Source: an uncultured Acidobacteriota bacterium (GTDB taxonomy: Bacteria; Acidobacteriota; Terriglobia; Acidiferrales; UBA7541). From it: 64,000 bases of DNA. This document shows, piece by piece, positions 48,791 to 57,757 of this stretch. A program made the translations under genes and the position numbers. Within the stretch, counting starts at the first letter, position 1. Each line of letters begins with the position of its first letter. The stretch is from contig CAWGRE010000005.1 in NCBI GenBank assembly GCA_963824925.1, positions 311,619 through 375,618 on the forward strand. Reading direction: 5' to 3'. The notes under the pieces are model-generated. The model ran no database searches. It worked only from the letters and a program-made list of their open reading frames with translations, and had not been told where the DNA came from.

Positions 48791-49531
48791 TTAAAGGTTG
48801 TATAACAGCTTCAAAATCAGCATGGTAGCAACCCCAACGAACACCAGAAGGGCCATGCGCCAGTGGGGCTCCTTATTCACCTCGGGAAGCAGATCAGTGG
48901 CGGCCACATAGAGTGTGACGCCGCCGGATAGCGGCAAGGCGTATTTCAGTTGGGCCTGGAGTTGACTGGTGAGGAGTACACCGGCGAGCGTGGCGGCACC
49001 GAGCAGGCCGGCGGCGCGGACGGCTTTGCGTTTGCTGCGGCCGCTGGCCATCACCACGGAGGCGACGGTGAAGCCCTCCGGCAACTTATGCAGAAACACC
49101 GCGACGAAGATGAGTACGCCCAGCCAGGTGGAGATGAGGAAGCCTGCGGCGATGGCTACACCGTCGAAAAAGGTGTGGATCGCAAGGCCGAGCATAATCG
49201 TGCGGTGCGCGTGGCCGTGCATTTCCTCGGTGTGCGTTTCCTCGCCGAAATGAAAATGCGGGGCGATGGTGTGTTCGAACAGATGCACGAGGAAAAAACC
49301 GGCCAGGACGTAGAGCAGAGCATTCGCTCCGCCGAGGCGGACGGACTCCGGGATCACTTCGACGAATGCGACCGAGAGCATGTACCCCGCGCCAAGGGCG
49401 AGAAAATATTGCAGGTAGCGGCGCGGCCATTCGCGATAGACCACGAAATAGCCACCCAGAAGGTTGCCGCCTGCGGCGATCAGGCCGAGGATTGCGGCGA
49501 GGGCGATGCGGGTTGGAAGATCGTGGGTCAT
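48791..49531 (-). CDS. ZIP-family divalent metal transporter
   Basis: His-rich loop HFHFGEETH, AIHTFFDGVAI, FLHKLPEG and YVAATDLLPE. Confidence 0.9.
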   Translation of the reverse strand: MTHDLPTRIALAAILGLIAAGGNLLGGYFVVYREWPRRYLQYFLALGAGYMLSVAFVEVIPESVRLGGANALLYVLAGFFLVHLFEHTIAPHFHFGEETHTEEMHGHAHRTIMLGLAIHTFFDGVAIAAGFLISTWLGVLIFVAVFLHKLPEGFTVASVVMASGRSKRKAVRAAGLLGAATLAGVLLTSQLQAQLKYALPLSGGVTLYVAATDLLPEVNKEPHWRMALLVFVGVATMLILKLLYNL

Positions 49532-49580
49532 GGGGAATGGCGGTCAGTGATTAGTTTTAAGTTTTAAGTTGAAAGAACGA

Positions 49581-49603
49581 GCCGGGCAAGCCCGGCCCCT
49601 ACA
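49581..49603 (-). repeat. GTAG REP-like palindrome
   Basis: TGTAGGG-GCCGGGC-TT-GCCCGGC on the minus strand; a similar core CCGGGCTAGCCCGG lies near 12692. Confidence 0.6.
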
Positions 49604-49672
49604 GATCGGGGACACGGCGACTCGGCGAGGCCTCTGTAACTTCAAACTTTGAACTAAAGACTAAGAACTGTT

Positions 49673-50740
49673 TCACCCGCTATGGCGGAAGAGAATAACA
49701 TCGCCTTCCTGGACAATGTACTCTTTCCCTTCGAGGCGAACCTGAGCCTTTTCTTTTGCGGCGGCGATGCTGCCGGCCGCGAGCAGATCTTTGCAGCTGA
49801 CCACTTCCGCGCGGATGAAACCCTTTTCGATGTCGCTGTGGATTTCGCCGGCGGCTTTCACCGCGTTGTAGCCCTTGCGAATGGTCCAGGCGCGAACTTC
49901 CGGCTCTCCGGCGGTGAAATACTGAATGAGCCCCATCAGATCGTAGGTGGCGCGAATCAGGCGATTCAGGCCGGGTTCGTTCAGGCCGTAGGAGGCGAGC
50001 AGTTCGGCAGCTTCTTTTTCTTCCATTTCGGAGAGTTCGGCTTCGAGGCGTCCGCAAACGGCAACGACCGCGGTGTTGGGGCGGCCCCGGAGTGCGCCCA
50101 GCTTATGTTTCTCCACCGCCTTGTCGAGCTCGGCCGCTTCGTCGTCGCCCAGATTCAGGACGTAGAGCATGGGGCGCTGCGAAAGAAATAGAAAACCCCC
50201 GATGGGTTTGCGCTCTTCGGTCGTAAGTTCGAGCTCGCGCAGGGGCTTTTCGGCTTCGAGGTGCGCTTTGCACTTTTCGAGGACGTTCTTCTCTAGTTCC
50301 AGCAGCGGGTCTTTCTTTTTCTTCAGGTCTTTTTCGACGCGTTCCAGGCGCTTGGATACCTGGTCATGGTCGGAAAGGATCAGTTCCAGGTCCAGGTTGG
50401 TGGCATCGCGCAGCGGATCAATGCTGCCCTCGGAGTGGGGCACGCTCGGATCGTCGAAGACGCGGATCACGTGGGCGATGGCGTCGACATCGCGAAGCGT
50501 GGCCAGGCTCTCGCGCATGCGTTCTTTCTGGACACCGGGAAGATCCACATATTGCACGGTGGCGTAAGTTATTTTTTTAGGGTTGTAGAGCTTGGCGAGC
50601 TCTACGAGGCGCGGCTCCGGCACCTTGGCGACGCCGACGTGGGCGGTCTGGCTGCCCTTGGCGTCCACGTTGGCTTTTGTGAGGATGCGGAACAGCGTGG
50701 TTTTTCCTACCTGTGGTAGTCCAATAATTCCTGTTTGCAT
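49673..50740 (-). CDS. ychF: YchF/Obg-like ATPase
   Basis: GIIGLPQVGKTT, VPEPRL, YVDLPG, YFTAGEPEVRAWTI, AAGEIHSDIEKGFIRAE and EGKEYIVQEGDV. Confidence 0.92.
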   Translation of the reverse strand: MQTGIIGLPQVGKTTLFRILTKANVDAKGSQTAHVGVAKVPEPRLVELAKLYNPKKITYATVQYVDLPGVQKERMRESLATLRDVDAIAHVIRVFDDPSVPHSEGSIDPLRDATNLDLELILSDHDQVSKRLERVEKDLKKKKDPLLELEKNVLEKCKAHLEAEKPLRELELTTEERKPIGGFLFLSQRPMLYVLNLGDDEAAELDKAVEKHKLGALRGRPNTAVVAVCGRLEAELSEMEEKEAAELLASYGLNEPGLNRLIRATYDLMGLIQYFTAGEPEVRAWTIRKGYNAVKAAGEIHSDIEKGFIRAEVVSCKDLLAAGSIAAAKEKAQVRLEGKEYIVQEGDVILFRHSG

Positions 50741-50776
50741 GAACTATAAATTCTATCACACGCGGCAAGCAGCATC

Positions 50777-51419
50777 TGTAGCGGCCGCCTTCTGAGGCGG
50801 GCGCCTTGGGACACGCAGACGCTTTTATCCGCCTATAGCCTGGAATGCTATCATTACTACTACAGCAATGTATTTTCATAAAAACATTCGGCTAGTTCCA
50901 GTGAATTACATCGGCCAGCGAGCTCATTTCGTAACCCTGTGCTGCCACGAACGTTCTATCCAGTTCCGCGAACCAGAGAATTCTGAATGGTTCTTGGCGC
51001 ATCTGCGGGACGTTACCGCAGCCAGTTTTTTCGCCGTCATTGCTTATTGCGTGATGCCGGATCATGTCCACCTGCTGGTCATGGGGCTGTCGCCAAGGTC
51101 AGACTTCCTGGGGTTTATGAAAGCCTTGAAAATCAAGACTAGCCGTGAGCTCGTAAAACGGGGCGGCGGAATTTTGTGGCAGAAGAAATATTTTGACCAT
51201 ATTTTGCGACCTAAGGAATCGATGGATGCGGCGGCTTGGTATATTTGGGCGAACCCGGTGCGTGGGGGTTTGGCGGCGGAAGAGGGGATATATCCTTTTG
51301 CTGGGTCTTTTACGGGAAGCATGCCTATGGACCGGAAGGGAAAGGAAATGTGGGTGCCGCCTTATGGATCGGAAAGGCGCCCGCCTCGGAAGGCGGCCGC
51401 TACAAATGCGGAAGAGTGA
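50777..51419 (+). mobile_element. RAYT locus: REP-associated tyrosine transposase between two inverted GTAG REPs
   Basis: REP at 50777-50805 (plus strand) and REP at 51376-51404 (minus strand, 1 mismatch) enclose a Y1 HUH transposase. No tnpB, and no subterminal IS200-like hairpins other than the REPs. Confidence 0.85.
50868..51419 (+). CDS. REP-associated tyrosine transposase (Y1 HUH)
   Basis: HFVTLC, YCVMPDHVHLL (HUH), WQKKYFDHILR and YIWANPVRGGL (catalytic Tyr plus NPV motif). Confidence 0.88.
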   Translation: MYFHKNIRLVPVNYIGQRAHFVTLCCHERSIQFREPENSEWFLAHLRDVTAASFFAVIAYCVMPDHVHLLVMGLSPRSDFLGFMKALKIKTSRELVKRGGGILWQKKYFDHILRPKESMDAAAWYIWANPVRGGLAAEEGIYPFAGSFTGSMPMDRKGKEMWVPPYGSERRPPRKAAATNAEE

Positions 51420-51491
51420 GAGGCGCGGCTTACCAAGGCAGATGGAACGTGCTATGGTTTTGCGCCGGATATGCGGATGCAAAATCCACAA

Positions 51492-52209
51492 ATGAAATTG
51501 GCGTTTGATCTGCAAAGCGCTTTGGCGCATCTGGCGGAACGCGATGAGGTGCTGCGGCGCGTTGATTCCCGAGGTGGCGGCATTTGCGATTGACGCGGAG
51601 GCGGGACAATCGCCTTACGAAGTGCTGCTGGAGGCCATCGCGTACCAGTCCATTTCCGGAAAAGCGGCGGCGACGATTTTCGGGCGCATCAAAGCGCTGG
51701 GTGAAGACGGGCGCGCTCCTTCGCCGGAAAAAATGTTGAAGATTCCCGGACCGAAACTGCGCAAAGCCGGGCTTTCCGGTGCGAAGGTTCTGGCGATGAC
51801 AGATCTGGCAAAGAAAGCGCTGGCGGGGATCGTGCCAACACATGATGAGGCGCTGAAGCTTTCCGATGAAGAGCTGGTCGAACGACTGGTCTCTGTGCGC
51901 GGAATCGGGGCATGGACCGTGGAAATGTTTTTGATTTTCCGGCTGGGTCGGCCAGACGTGCTGCCCATTCACGACCTGGGAGTGAAAAAAGGCTGGTCGG
52001 TGGCGTACGGCAAGAAACATATGCCAAAGCCAAAGGAATTGCTGGATTTTGGGGAGCGTTGGCGGCCCTACCGCTCGGTGGCCAGTTGGTATATGTGGCG
52101 CGCGTTTGAACGCGCGGGGTACAAGGTGACGAACAAGATTCGTCCCAAACCGATCCGGAAGAAGAAAACGAAGGCCAAGTCCAATAGCGGTGAGGGGAAG
52201 CGCAAATAG
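51492..52209 (+). CDS. alkA: DNA-3-methyladenine glycosylase II (HhH-GPD); one frameshift near 51560
   Basis: MKLAFDLQSALAHLAERDEVLRR joins LIPEVAAF by one base; then IAYQSISGKAA, GLSGAK, VRGIGAWTVEMFLIFRLGRPDVLP..DLG and WRPYRSVA. Confidence 0.85.
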
Positions 52210-52322
52210 AATTGCGTTAGGGAGTGGAATCCGGTTTCTGATCGTTGTCACAGTCTAGATGGATTGCCAGCTTCACTACTAACAGCCATAAAATTTGTAT
52301 TTAAGGAGTATGCCGGCGCAGG

Positions 52323-52799
52323 TCAGCGAGCGGTTGCTTCGCGGACCAGGAGAAACATTGCGCCGAAGCCGAGGAGCAGAATTGCGCTCTCGAAGGCCAC
52401 GGAACGGTGATGCAGGCGATTGAATTCCAGGCGGCGGGGGTCGGTTTCCGGAGTGTTCTGTACGGAGACCATTTCTTTTTTCAAGGCTTCCATCCGGGTG
52501 CTGACCGTGAATTGGGATGTGGCGGTGAGCAAGACCATCAGCACGACGCACAGCGCGGCTGCGTTCGTAAAGCTGCCGAAATCGTGGGTGCGCGCCAGGC
52601 GGGCCAGCAGGAAAATGAGTCCGAGGAAAATTCCGGCGAAGTGCAGGCGCGCGAGCGAGTAGCCAACCATCAAGCCGGCAGCATCGCGGTTGCCAAGGAT
52701 CGCAAACGCGCCGGGAGCGACGACGAAGCTGAGAAAGACGTCGGCGCCCAGCCAGAGGCTTAAGCTCAAAAATTCAATCGTCCGGAAAAAAGTGTTCAC
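52323..52799 (-). CDS. DUF4149/TMEM205-like membrane protein
   Basis: LSLWLGADVF.SFVVAPGAF..L..RD.AG; four hydrophobic segments; C-terminal FNRLH..S. Confidence 0.7.
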   Translation of the reverse strand: MNTFFRTIEFLSLSLWLGADVFLSFVVAPGAFAILGNRDAAGLMVGYSLARLHFAGIFLGLIFLLARLARTHDFGSFTNAAALCVVLMVLLTATSQFTVSTRMEALKKEMVSVQNTPETDPRRLEFNRLHHRSVAFESAILLLGFGAMFLLVREATAR

Positions 52800-52896
52800 G
52801 AAGATTACCTTTTAGACCGTTCTGGAACAAAGCCCTCTTACGCATCGAGAGTATACGGAAAAGTGTCGCAGGCACAGCGATTCTCCAATCGCCACT

Positions 52897-53274
52897 TCAC
52901 CACGGCACGCGCTGTATACGCGGCACAGAGTCGAAATGGCGGTCGCGACTCAGAACGGCAAGGTTATGCTGCCGGCATAAAGCGGCGATCCACACATCGT
53001 TGACAGGAATGGGAGTACCCGTCACCTTGAGGTGCACACGAATGTCCGCGTAGTGCTGAGCGGTGGACTCGTCGATGTTCAGGACGCGGCAATCCTTGAG
53101 GAATTCAGCCAACCATTTCTCATACCAATCGCGGCGACGTGACAGTGCGATTCCGAAGCGGTACTCCCCGACGACAACGACGGGGATGGCTAATTCGCTG
53201 GCGGGGGTAAGCGCCTTAAGCACGCTCATTTGCTGGTCGGCGAACGCCGAGAGCGCATTCGTATCAAGGATCAA
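52897..53274 (-). CDS. vapC: VapC PIN-domain toxin
   Basis: MILDTNALS, VVGEYRFG, IPVNDVWIAA and VLSRDRHF. Confidence 0.92.
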   Translation of the reverse strand: MILDTNALSAFADQQMSVLKALTPASELAIPVVVVGEYRFGIALSRRRDWYEKWLAEFLKDCRVLNIDESTAQHYADIRVHLKVTGTPIPVNDVWIAALCRQHNLAVLSRDRHFDSVPRIQRVPW

Positions 53275-53285
53275 CGGGGCAGTTC

Positions 53286-53537
53286 CTACTTCCAGAGTTC
53301 CGGGTCGATCGTTTCGAACGCTTCTTCGATGAATTTGTCGATGCGCTTCGTTTCTTCGTGGAGATCTTTCAGTTTGCCAAAATGTTTCATCCAGGGTTTA
53401 TCTTCGGCCGGCTTGGCTTCGCGCAATTTTTGTTCGACGGCTTCGGTGACGAATTGGCGCAAAGGGATGCCCTGCTCGGCGGCTTTGGACTTGGCCTGCC
53501 GGAAGATTTTGTCGGGGATTTCGAGGGTAGTCTTCAT
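53286..53537 (-). CDS. Ribbon-helix-helix antitoxin (VapB-like)
   Basis: MKTTLEIPDKIFRQAKSKAAEQGIPLRQFVTEAV; stop 11 nt before the vapC start. Confidence 0.85.
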   Translation of the reverse strand: MKTTLEIPDKIFRQAKSKAAEQGIPLRQFVTEAVEQKLREAKPAEDKPWMKHFGKLKDLHEETKRIDKFIEEAFETIDPELWK

Positions 53538-53547
53538 TTTCAGCATT

Positions 53548-53565
53548 CTCCCATATTTATGGGAG
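53548..53565. promoter_or_regulatory. Probable vapBC autoregulatory operator
   Basis: Inverted repeat CTCCCATA-TT-TATGGGAG, 10 nt upstream of the antitoxin ATG. Confidence 0.6.
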
Positions 53566-53712
53566 GCGCGGCAATCCCAGGTTTCCAAGCGGTGACTCTC
53601 TCACCGGCGCACGCACAGACGACGTTATTCCATTGAACAAATACGTTTTTAAGCACATCTTGGGGAGAGCAAATTATCGACAGGGGCGAAACTGGTGAGA
53701 GAATAAGAAAAG

Positions 53713-53788
53713 TGGTGGGCGATAAAGGATTTGAACCTTTGACCTCTCGCGTGTGAGGCGAGCGCTCTAACCGCTGAGCTAATCGCCC
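53713..53788 (-). tRNA. tRNA-Val (CAC)
   Basis: 76 nt, GGGCGAT..TAGCTCAGCGGTTAGAGC..CTCGC-CTCACAC-GCGAG..GGTTCAAATCC..ATCGCCC-A-CCA; CCA end encoded. Confidence 0.95.
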
Positions 53789-53895
53789 GTCAAAGAACGG
53801 GTGACCCTTTTCGGGGAAACATCGTTGCAACCGGCCGAAACGCCGGAGCAACAACGTTCATCTATTTAAGCAGGAACACCTGGGGTTTTCAACCG

Positions 53896-54849
53896 ATGCC
53901 GATGACGACCGCCACCTCTCACGTGGTCACACAGCTGCAGCGATCCATCGCCCGCGCGATCTACGGGAAGGAAGACGTGATCCAACTTGCGCTGGTGACG
54001 CTGCTGGCGCGCGGCCACCTGCTGATCGAAGACGTGCCGGGCACGGGGAAGACGACCTTGGCGCACGCGCTGGCGAAATCGTTTCAATGCACATTTCAGC
54101 GCATCCAGTTCACTTCGGACCTGCTGCCCAGCGATGTGCTGGGCGTGAGCGTCTACAATCCGGAAACGCGGGAATTTGAGTTTCGCCAGGGGCCGATCTT
54201 CGCGAACGTGGTGCTGGCCGATGAAATCAATCGCACCACCCCGCGAACGCAATCGGCGCTGCTGGAAGCGATGAACGAAGCGCAGGTGACCGTGGACGGG
54301 CGCACGCTGACACTGCCGCAGCCTTTCCTGGTGATCGCCACGCAGAACCCGGTGGAGCACCACGGCACCTACCCTCTCCCGGAATCGCAACTTGACCGGT
54401 TTCTGATGCGCATCAAGATGGGCTATCCCTCGCACGAAACGGAAAAGGAAATTCTGCGCAGCCGCGCCACGGACGATCCGATTGCGTCGCTGGATCCGGT
54501 GGCCGATGTATCCGATGTGCTTGCGATGCAACTGGCCGTGACGCGCGTGAAGGTGGATTCGAGTCTGCACGATTACGCGCTGGAAATTGTGAATCGCACG
54601 CGCAAATCGGACCAACTGGCGCTCGGCGTGAGCCCACGCGGAACGCTGATGCTGCAGCGTGCGGCACAGGCCCGCGCTTTCCTGGAAGGCCGCGATTTCT
54701 GCCTGCCCGACGATTTCAAGCAATTGGCAGTGGCGGTGTTTTCGCACCGCGTGGTGGCCAGCGCGCGGCACGCTTCGCTGCAGAAAAAGTCGGAAACCAC
54801 GGAAAATGTGCTGCGGGAGATTGTGGATTCCGTGCGCGTGCCGCTGTAA
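53896..54849 (+). CDS. moxR: MoxR-family AAA+ ATPase
   Basis: GHLLIEDVPGTGKT, RIQFTSDLLPSD, LADEINR, ATQNPVE and YPLPESQLDRF. Confidence 0.93.
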   Translation: MPMTTATSHVVTQLQRSIARAIYGKEDVIQLALVTLLARGHLLIEDVPGTGKTTLAHALAKSFQCTFQRIQFTSDLLPSDVLGVSVYNPETREFEFRQGPIFANVVLADEINRTTPRTQSALLEAMNEAQVTVDGRTLTLPQPFLVIATQNPVEHHGTYPLPESQLDRFLMRIKMGYPSHETEKEILRSRATDDPIASLDPVADVSDVLAMQLAVTRVKVDSSLHDYALEIVNRTRKSDQLALGVSPRGTLMLQRAAQARAFLEGRDFCLPDDFKQLAVAVFSHRVVASARHASLQKKSETTENVLREIVDSVRVPL

Positions 54850-54976
54850 GAGAACGCGCATCAGGCATCGGTCGCTAGGACATTGCCTGGAATCGGCTGC
54901 GAATTGTCATTCTGTGAGCCGATTCTGATTGGCGGGAAGAATTTCGACGGAGAATTTCCGGAAGCTTTTTTAAGTT

Positions 54977-55036
54977 GAGATCCTTCGGACCGCCCTGCGC
55001 GAAAAACGCTCCGGGCAGGCGGTCCTCAGGATGACA
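54977..55036 (-). repeat. TGTC-tagged palindromic repeat with nested hairpin
   Basis: TGTCATCCTGAGGACCGCC...CCCGGAGCGTTTTTCGCGCAGGG...GGTCCGAAGGATCTC; related to 14485-14553. Confidence 0.65.
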
Positions 55037-55086
55037 CGTTTACGCGGTGGCCGGGGCAGTTGTAGAAAACTGTTGTAGAAAACAAC

Positions 55087-56427
55087 ATGGCGACACTCAG
55101 CTCCACAATCCATGCGCTGCTGGCGAAGTCAGATCGGCCCGGGGTGCGCGCGTTTATTCTGTCCATGGCCGCGCTGACGATCGCGCTGGTTCTTGCGCTT
55201 TATTCGGGTGCGGCTGCGCAACTCGGCAATCTTTTCCTGGCCAGCGCGTCGGCATTAACAGCTTTGGTGGTTGCAGGTTGGGTGGCGGTAACGCTGGTGC
55301 CCACGCTGGCGAAACGCACGCCGCTGCGCTGGATCGGCTACCGAATGGAATACCGCATCACGCGCGAGGGCTGGATTTACATTCTGGGCATCGTGCTGGT
55401 GGCGCTGGCGGCGATCAATACCGGCAACAATCTTTTGTTTCTGGTTCTGGCCAGCCTGATTGCTTCCATTCTGATGTCTGGCATCTTGTCTTCCATCACG
55501 CTGGCGGGCGTTGAGCTGAAGCTGGATTTGCCGGAACACATTTTCGCGGGGCAAGCGGTGCGCGCTTCCGTGGAACTTCAAAACGAAAAACTGAGCCTTC
55601 CATCGTTTTCCTTGCGCGTGGAAGCCGCGAAAAAGAAAAATCAGGCGGCGGTGGCGCTGCTGGAGACTCCGGTCTACTTTCCTTACCTGCCGCGGCAGCA
55701 AACGGTGAAGCAAAGCGTGCCGCTGCTCTTTCCTCAGCGCGGGCTTTACCGGCAGGAAGCGTTCCGCATTGTGACGCGCTTTCCGTTTGGCTTTTTGCAA
55801 AAAGCGCGGCGGCTGGATTTGGCGACCGAGGCGATGGTTTATCCGGCGGTGGCAGCTTCCTCGGAATTCCTGGAAGTGCTTCCGGGCCTGCAAGGCGCGA
55901 TGGAAAGCCATTCGAAAGGCCGCGGCCAGGACCTTTACGCGCTGCGCGGATACCTGCCGAATGACAGCGCGCGCCATGTGCACTGGAAAGCTTCGGCGCG
56001 TTTCGGCGAGCTGATGGTGCGGGAATTCGCGAGAGAAGACGATTGCCGCGTGCTGCTGGTCTTCGATCCGCAGAGTCCGGCGACGCACACCCAGGCTGGA
56101 CCGGAGGAACGGGAGCGGTTTGAGCGCGCAGTGACTTTTTGCGCGGCGCTGGCCTGGAATTTTCACGAACGCAGCGCCATGATTGAGTTCCGCAGCGTGG
56201 GCGCTTCGACGACGCTGGGCCCGGCGTCCGAAAATATTTTTGCCATCCTGCGGCACCTGGCGCTGGTGCAGCCGGTGGCGCCAAATTCGCAGCCGGAATT
56301 GCTGAGCCAGTTGGCCGCGGACCCGGAGTCTTTCAAGATCATCGTTACGTCGCAGCCTCGCGGGTCGATCCCTTCGGAATTGTGGAATACGTCGTACATC
56401 GTGTTCGCAAGTGATTTGAGTTCATGA
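55087..56427 (+). CDS. DUF58 protein (MoxR partner) with N-terminal TM helices
   Basis: AAINTGNNLL, RGLY, RFPFG, LRGYLPNDSARHVHWKASAR and MVREF. Confidence 0.88.
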   Translation: MATLSSTIHALLAKSDRPGVRAFILSMAALTIALVLALYSGAAAQLGNLFLASASALTALVVAGWVAVTLVPTLAKRTPLRWIGYRMEYRITREGWIYILGIVLVALAAINTGNNLLFLVLASLIASILMSGILSSITLAGVELKLDLPEHIFAGQAVRASVELQNEKLSLPSFSLRVEAAKKKNQAAVALLETPVYFPYLPRQQTVKQSVPLLFPQRGLYRQEAFRIVTRFPFGFLQKARRLDLATEAMVYPAVAASSEFLEVLPGLQGAMESHSKGRGQDLYALRGYLPNDSARHVHWKASARFGELMVREFAREDDCRVLLVFDPQSPATHTQAGPEERERFERAVTFCAALAWNFHERSAMIEFRSVGASTTLGPASENIFAILRHLALVQPVAPNSQPELLSQLAADPESFKIIVTSQPRGSIPSELWNTSYIVFASDLSS

Positions 56428-56480
56428 AGATTTAACGGCCGGCCAAGGCGCAGCCGCGGGAATGTGCGAAACTTGTGCGC

Positions 56481-57617
56481 ATGCTGACCGGGCCGCCGCT
56501 GGTGCGATTTCGAAAAAATCTGCAGGCATGGTTTTCGCAATTCCAGCGCGATTTGCCCTGGCGCCGCACGAACGATCCCTATCGCATCTGGCTCTCCGAA
56601 ATTATGCTGCAGCAAACGCGCGTTGCGGCGGTGATTCCCTACTACGAACGGTTTCTCTCTCGATTCCCGACGGTGCAGGCGCTTGCCGAGGCACCGGAAG
56701 AGGAAGTGCTGCGCTTGTGGTCTGGGCTGGGCTACTACTCGCGCGCGCGGAACTTGCAAGATGCAGCGCGGCAGATTGTGGCGAAGCATGACGGTGAATT
56801 TCCGCGTGATCCAGAGGCAGCATTGGCGTTACCGGGAATTGGCGCGTATACGGCGGCGGCAATCCTGAGTATCGCGTATCGGGAAAAGCTGGCGGTGCTG
56901 GACGGCAATGTGGCGCGCGTTCTGGCGCGACTGGGCGCGGTGCGGGGAGACCTGCGAAAAAACGGGACGTGGAAGAAGCTTCAGCAAAGCGCGGATCAGT
57001 TGCTTGACGAAAAATCGCCCGGCGATTGGAACCAGGCGATGATGGAGCTTGGCGCGACCTTGTGCACGCCGCGCTCTCCGCAGTGCCTGCTGTGCCCGGT
57101 TGGCGAGTTCTGCGAGGCGCGAAAGAAGGGTCTGGCCGAAGAGATTCCCGAAAAACGAGTGAAGCGGAAGACGGTGGAGATCACGTTGGCGGCGCTGGTG
57201 CTGTTAGATGCACATGGAAAAACGCTGCTGTTGCCGCCGCCAGAGAAAATAAAACAAAACAAGGCCGCCGACGATGTGGCGGCACTCGTATCGAAGATGT
57301 GGCATTTCCCAACCATCGCCGTGCGGCGCAACGCGCCCGAAGAGCTTGCTGCCTATGCCGAGAAGACCTTGTTTGCGCGCCGGAAATTGCGGAGAGTGCT
57401 GCGGCCATTGAAGAAAATTCGCCATGCCGTGACCTACCGTTCGATTACGGTTTTGGCGTTTCGCGCTGAAGTGAAGAAATTGCCGAGGGTTGCGGGCGCA
57501 GACATTTTAAAATTGGAGAAGGTTTGCGATTTGGCGGTATCGAATTTAACGCGGAAGGTGGCGCGGGCGGCGGGGGAGTTGGCGTGTCACGGAGGGGACG
57601 GAATTCTCCGGAGCTGA
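56481..57617 (+). CDS. mutY: A/G-specific adenine glycosylase
   Basis: RDLPWRR, PYRIWLSEIMLQQT, WSGLGYYSRARNL, LPGIGAYTA, VLDGNVARV and ELGATLCTPRSPQCLLCPV..C. Confidence 0.95.
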   Translation: MLTGPPLVRFRKNLQAWFSQFQRDLPWRRTNDPYRIWLSEIMLQQTRVAAVIPYYERFLSRFPTVQALAEAPEEEVLRLWSGLGYYSRARNLQDAARQIVAKHDGEFPRDPEAALALPGIGAYTAAAILSIAYREKLAVLDGNVARVLARLGAVRGDLRKNGTWKKLQQSADQLLDEKSPGDWNQAMMELGATLCTPRSPQCLLCPVGEFCEARKKGLAEEIPEKRVKRKTVEITLAALVLLDAHGKTLLLPPPEKIKQNKAADDVAALVSKMWHFPTIAVRRNAPEELAAYAEKTLFARRKLRRVLRPLKKIRHAVTYRSITVLAFRAEVKKLPRVAGADILKLEKVCDLAVSNLTRKVARAAGELACHGGDGILRS

Positions 57618-57654
57618 CATCGTAAAAGCGATAGCTGGGTTCTCACACTGCAGA

Positions 57655-57683
57655 GGCGCCCGCTTCGGAAAGCGGCCGCTACA
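57655..57683 (-). repeat. GTAG REP copy (RAYT-cognate class)
   Basis: Minus strand TGTAGCGGCCGCTTTCCGAAGCGGGCGCC, with compensatory stem changes relative to 51376-51404. Confidence 0.85.
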
Positions 57684-57757
57684 AAAGCGTCTCGTAATTG
57701 ATACGCGCGCGGCTAGAAGTGCGGCGGGGGCTGGGTGGTATTCTAGGGATTCAGCGG

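Noticed and set aside
50868-51419. IS200/IS605 element with TnpB
   Set aside because: There is no tnpB ORF, the flanks are GTAG REPs repeated elsewhere without the transposase, and the NPV motif after the catalytic Tyr fits RAYT.
14795-51561. Programmed ribosomal frameshifting in the ugtP-like gene, mraY or alkA
   Set aside because: No slippery heptamer with a downstream stimulator is evident at the shift sites, these families are not known to be recoded, and scattered indels are better explained by consensus error.
52210-53712. Prophage or integrative element at tRNA-Val
   Set aside because: There is no integrase or phage gene, and I found no duplicate of the tRNA 3' end downstream.
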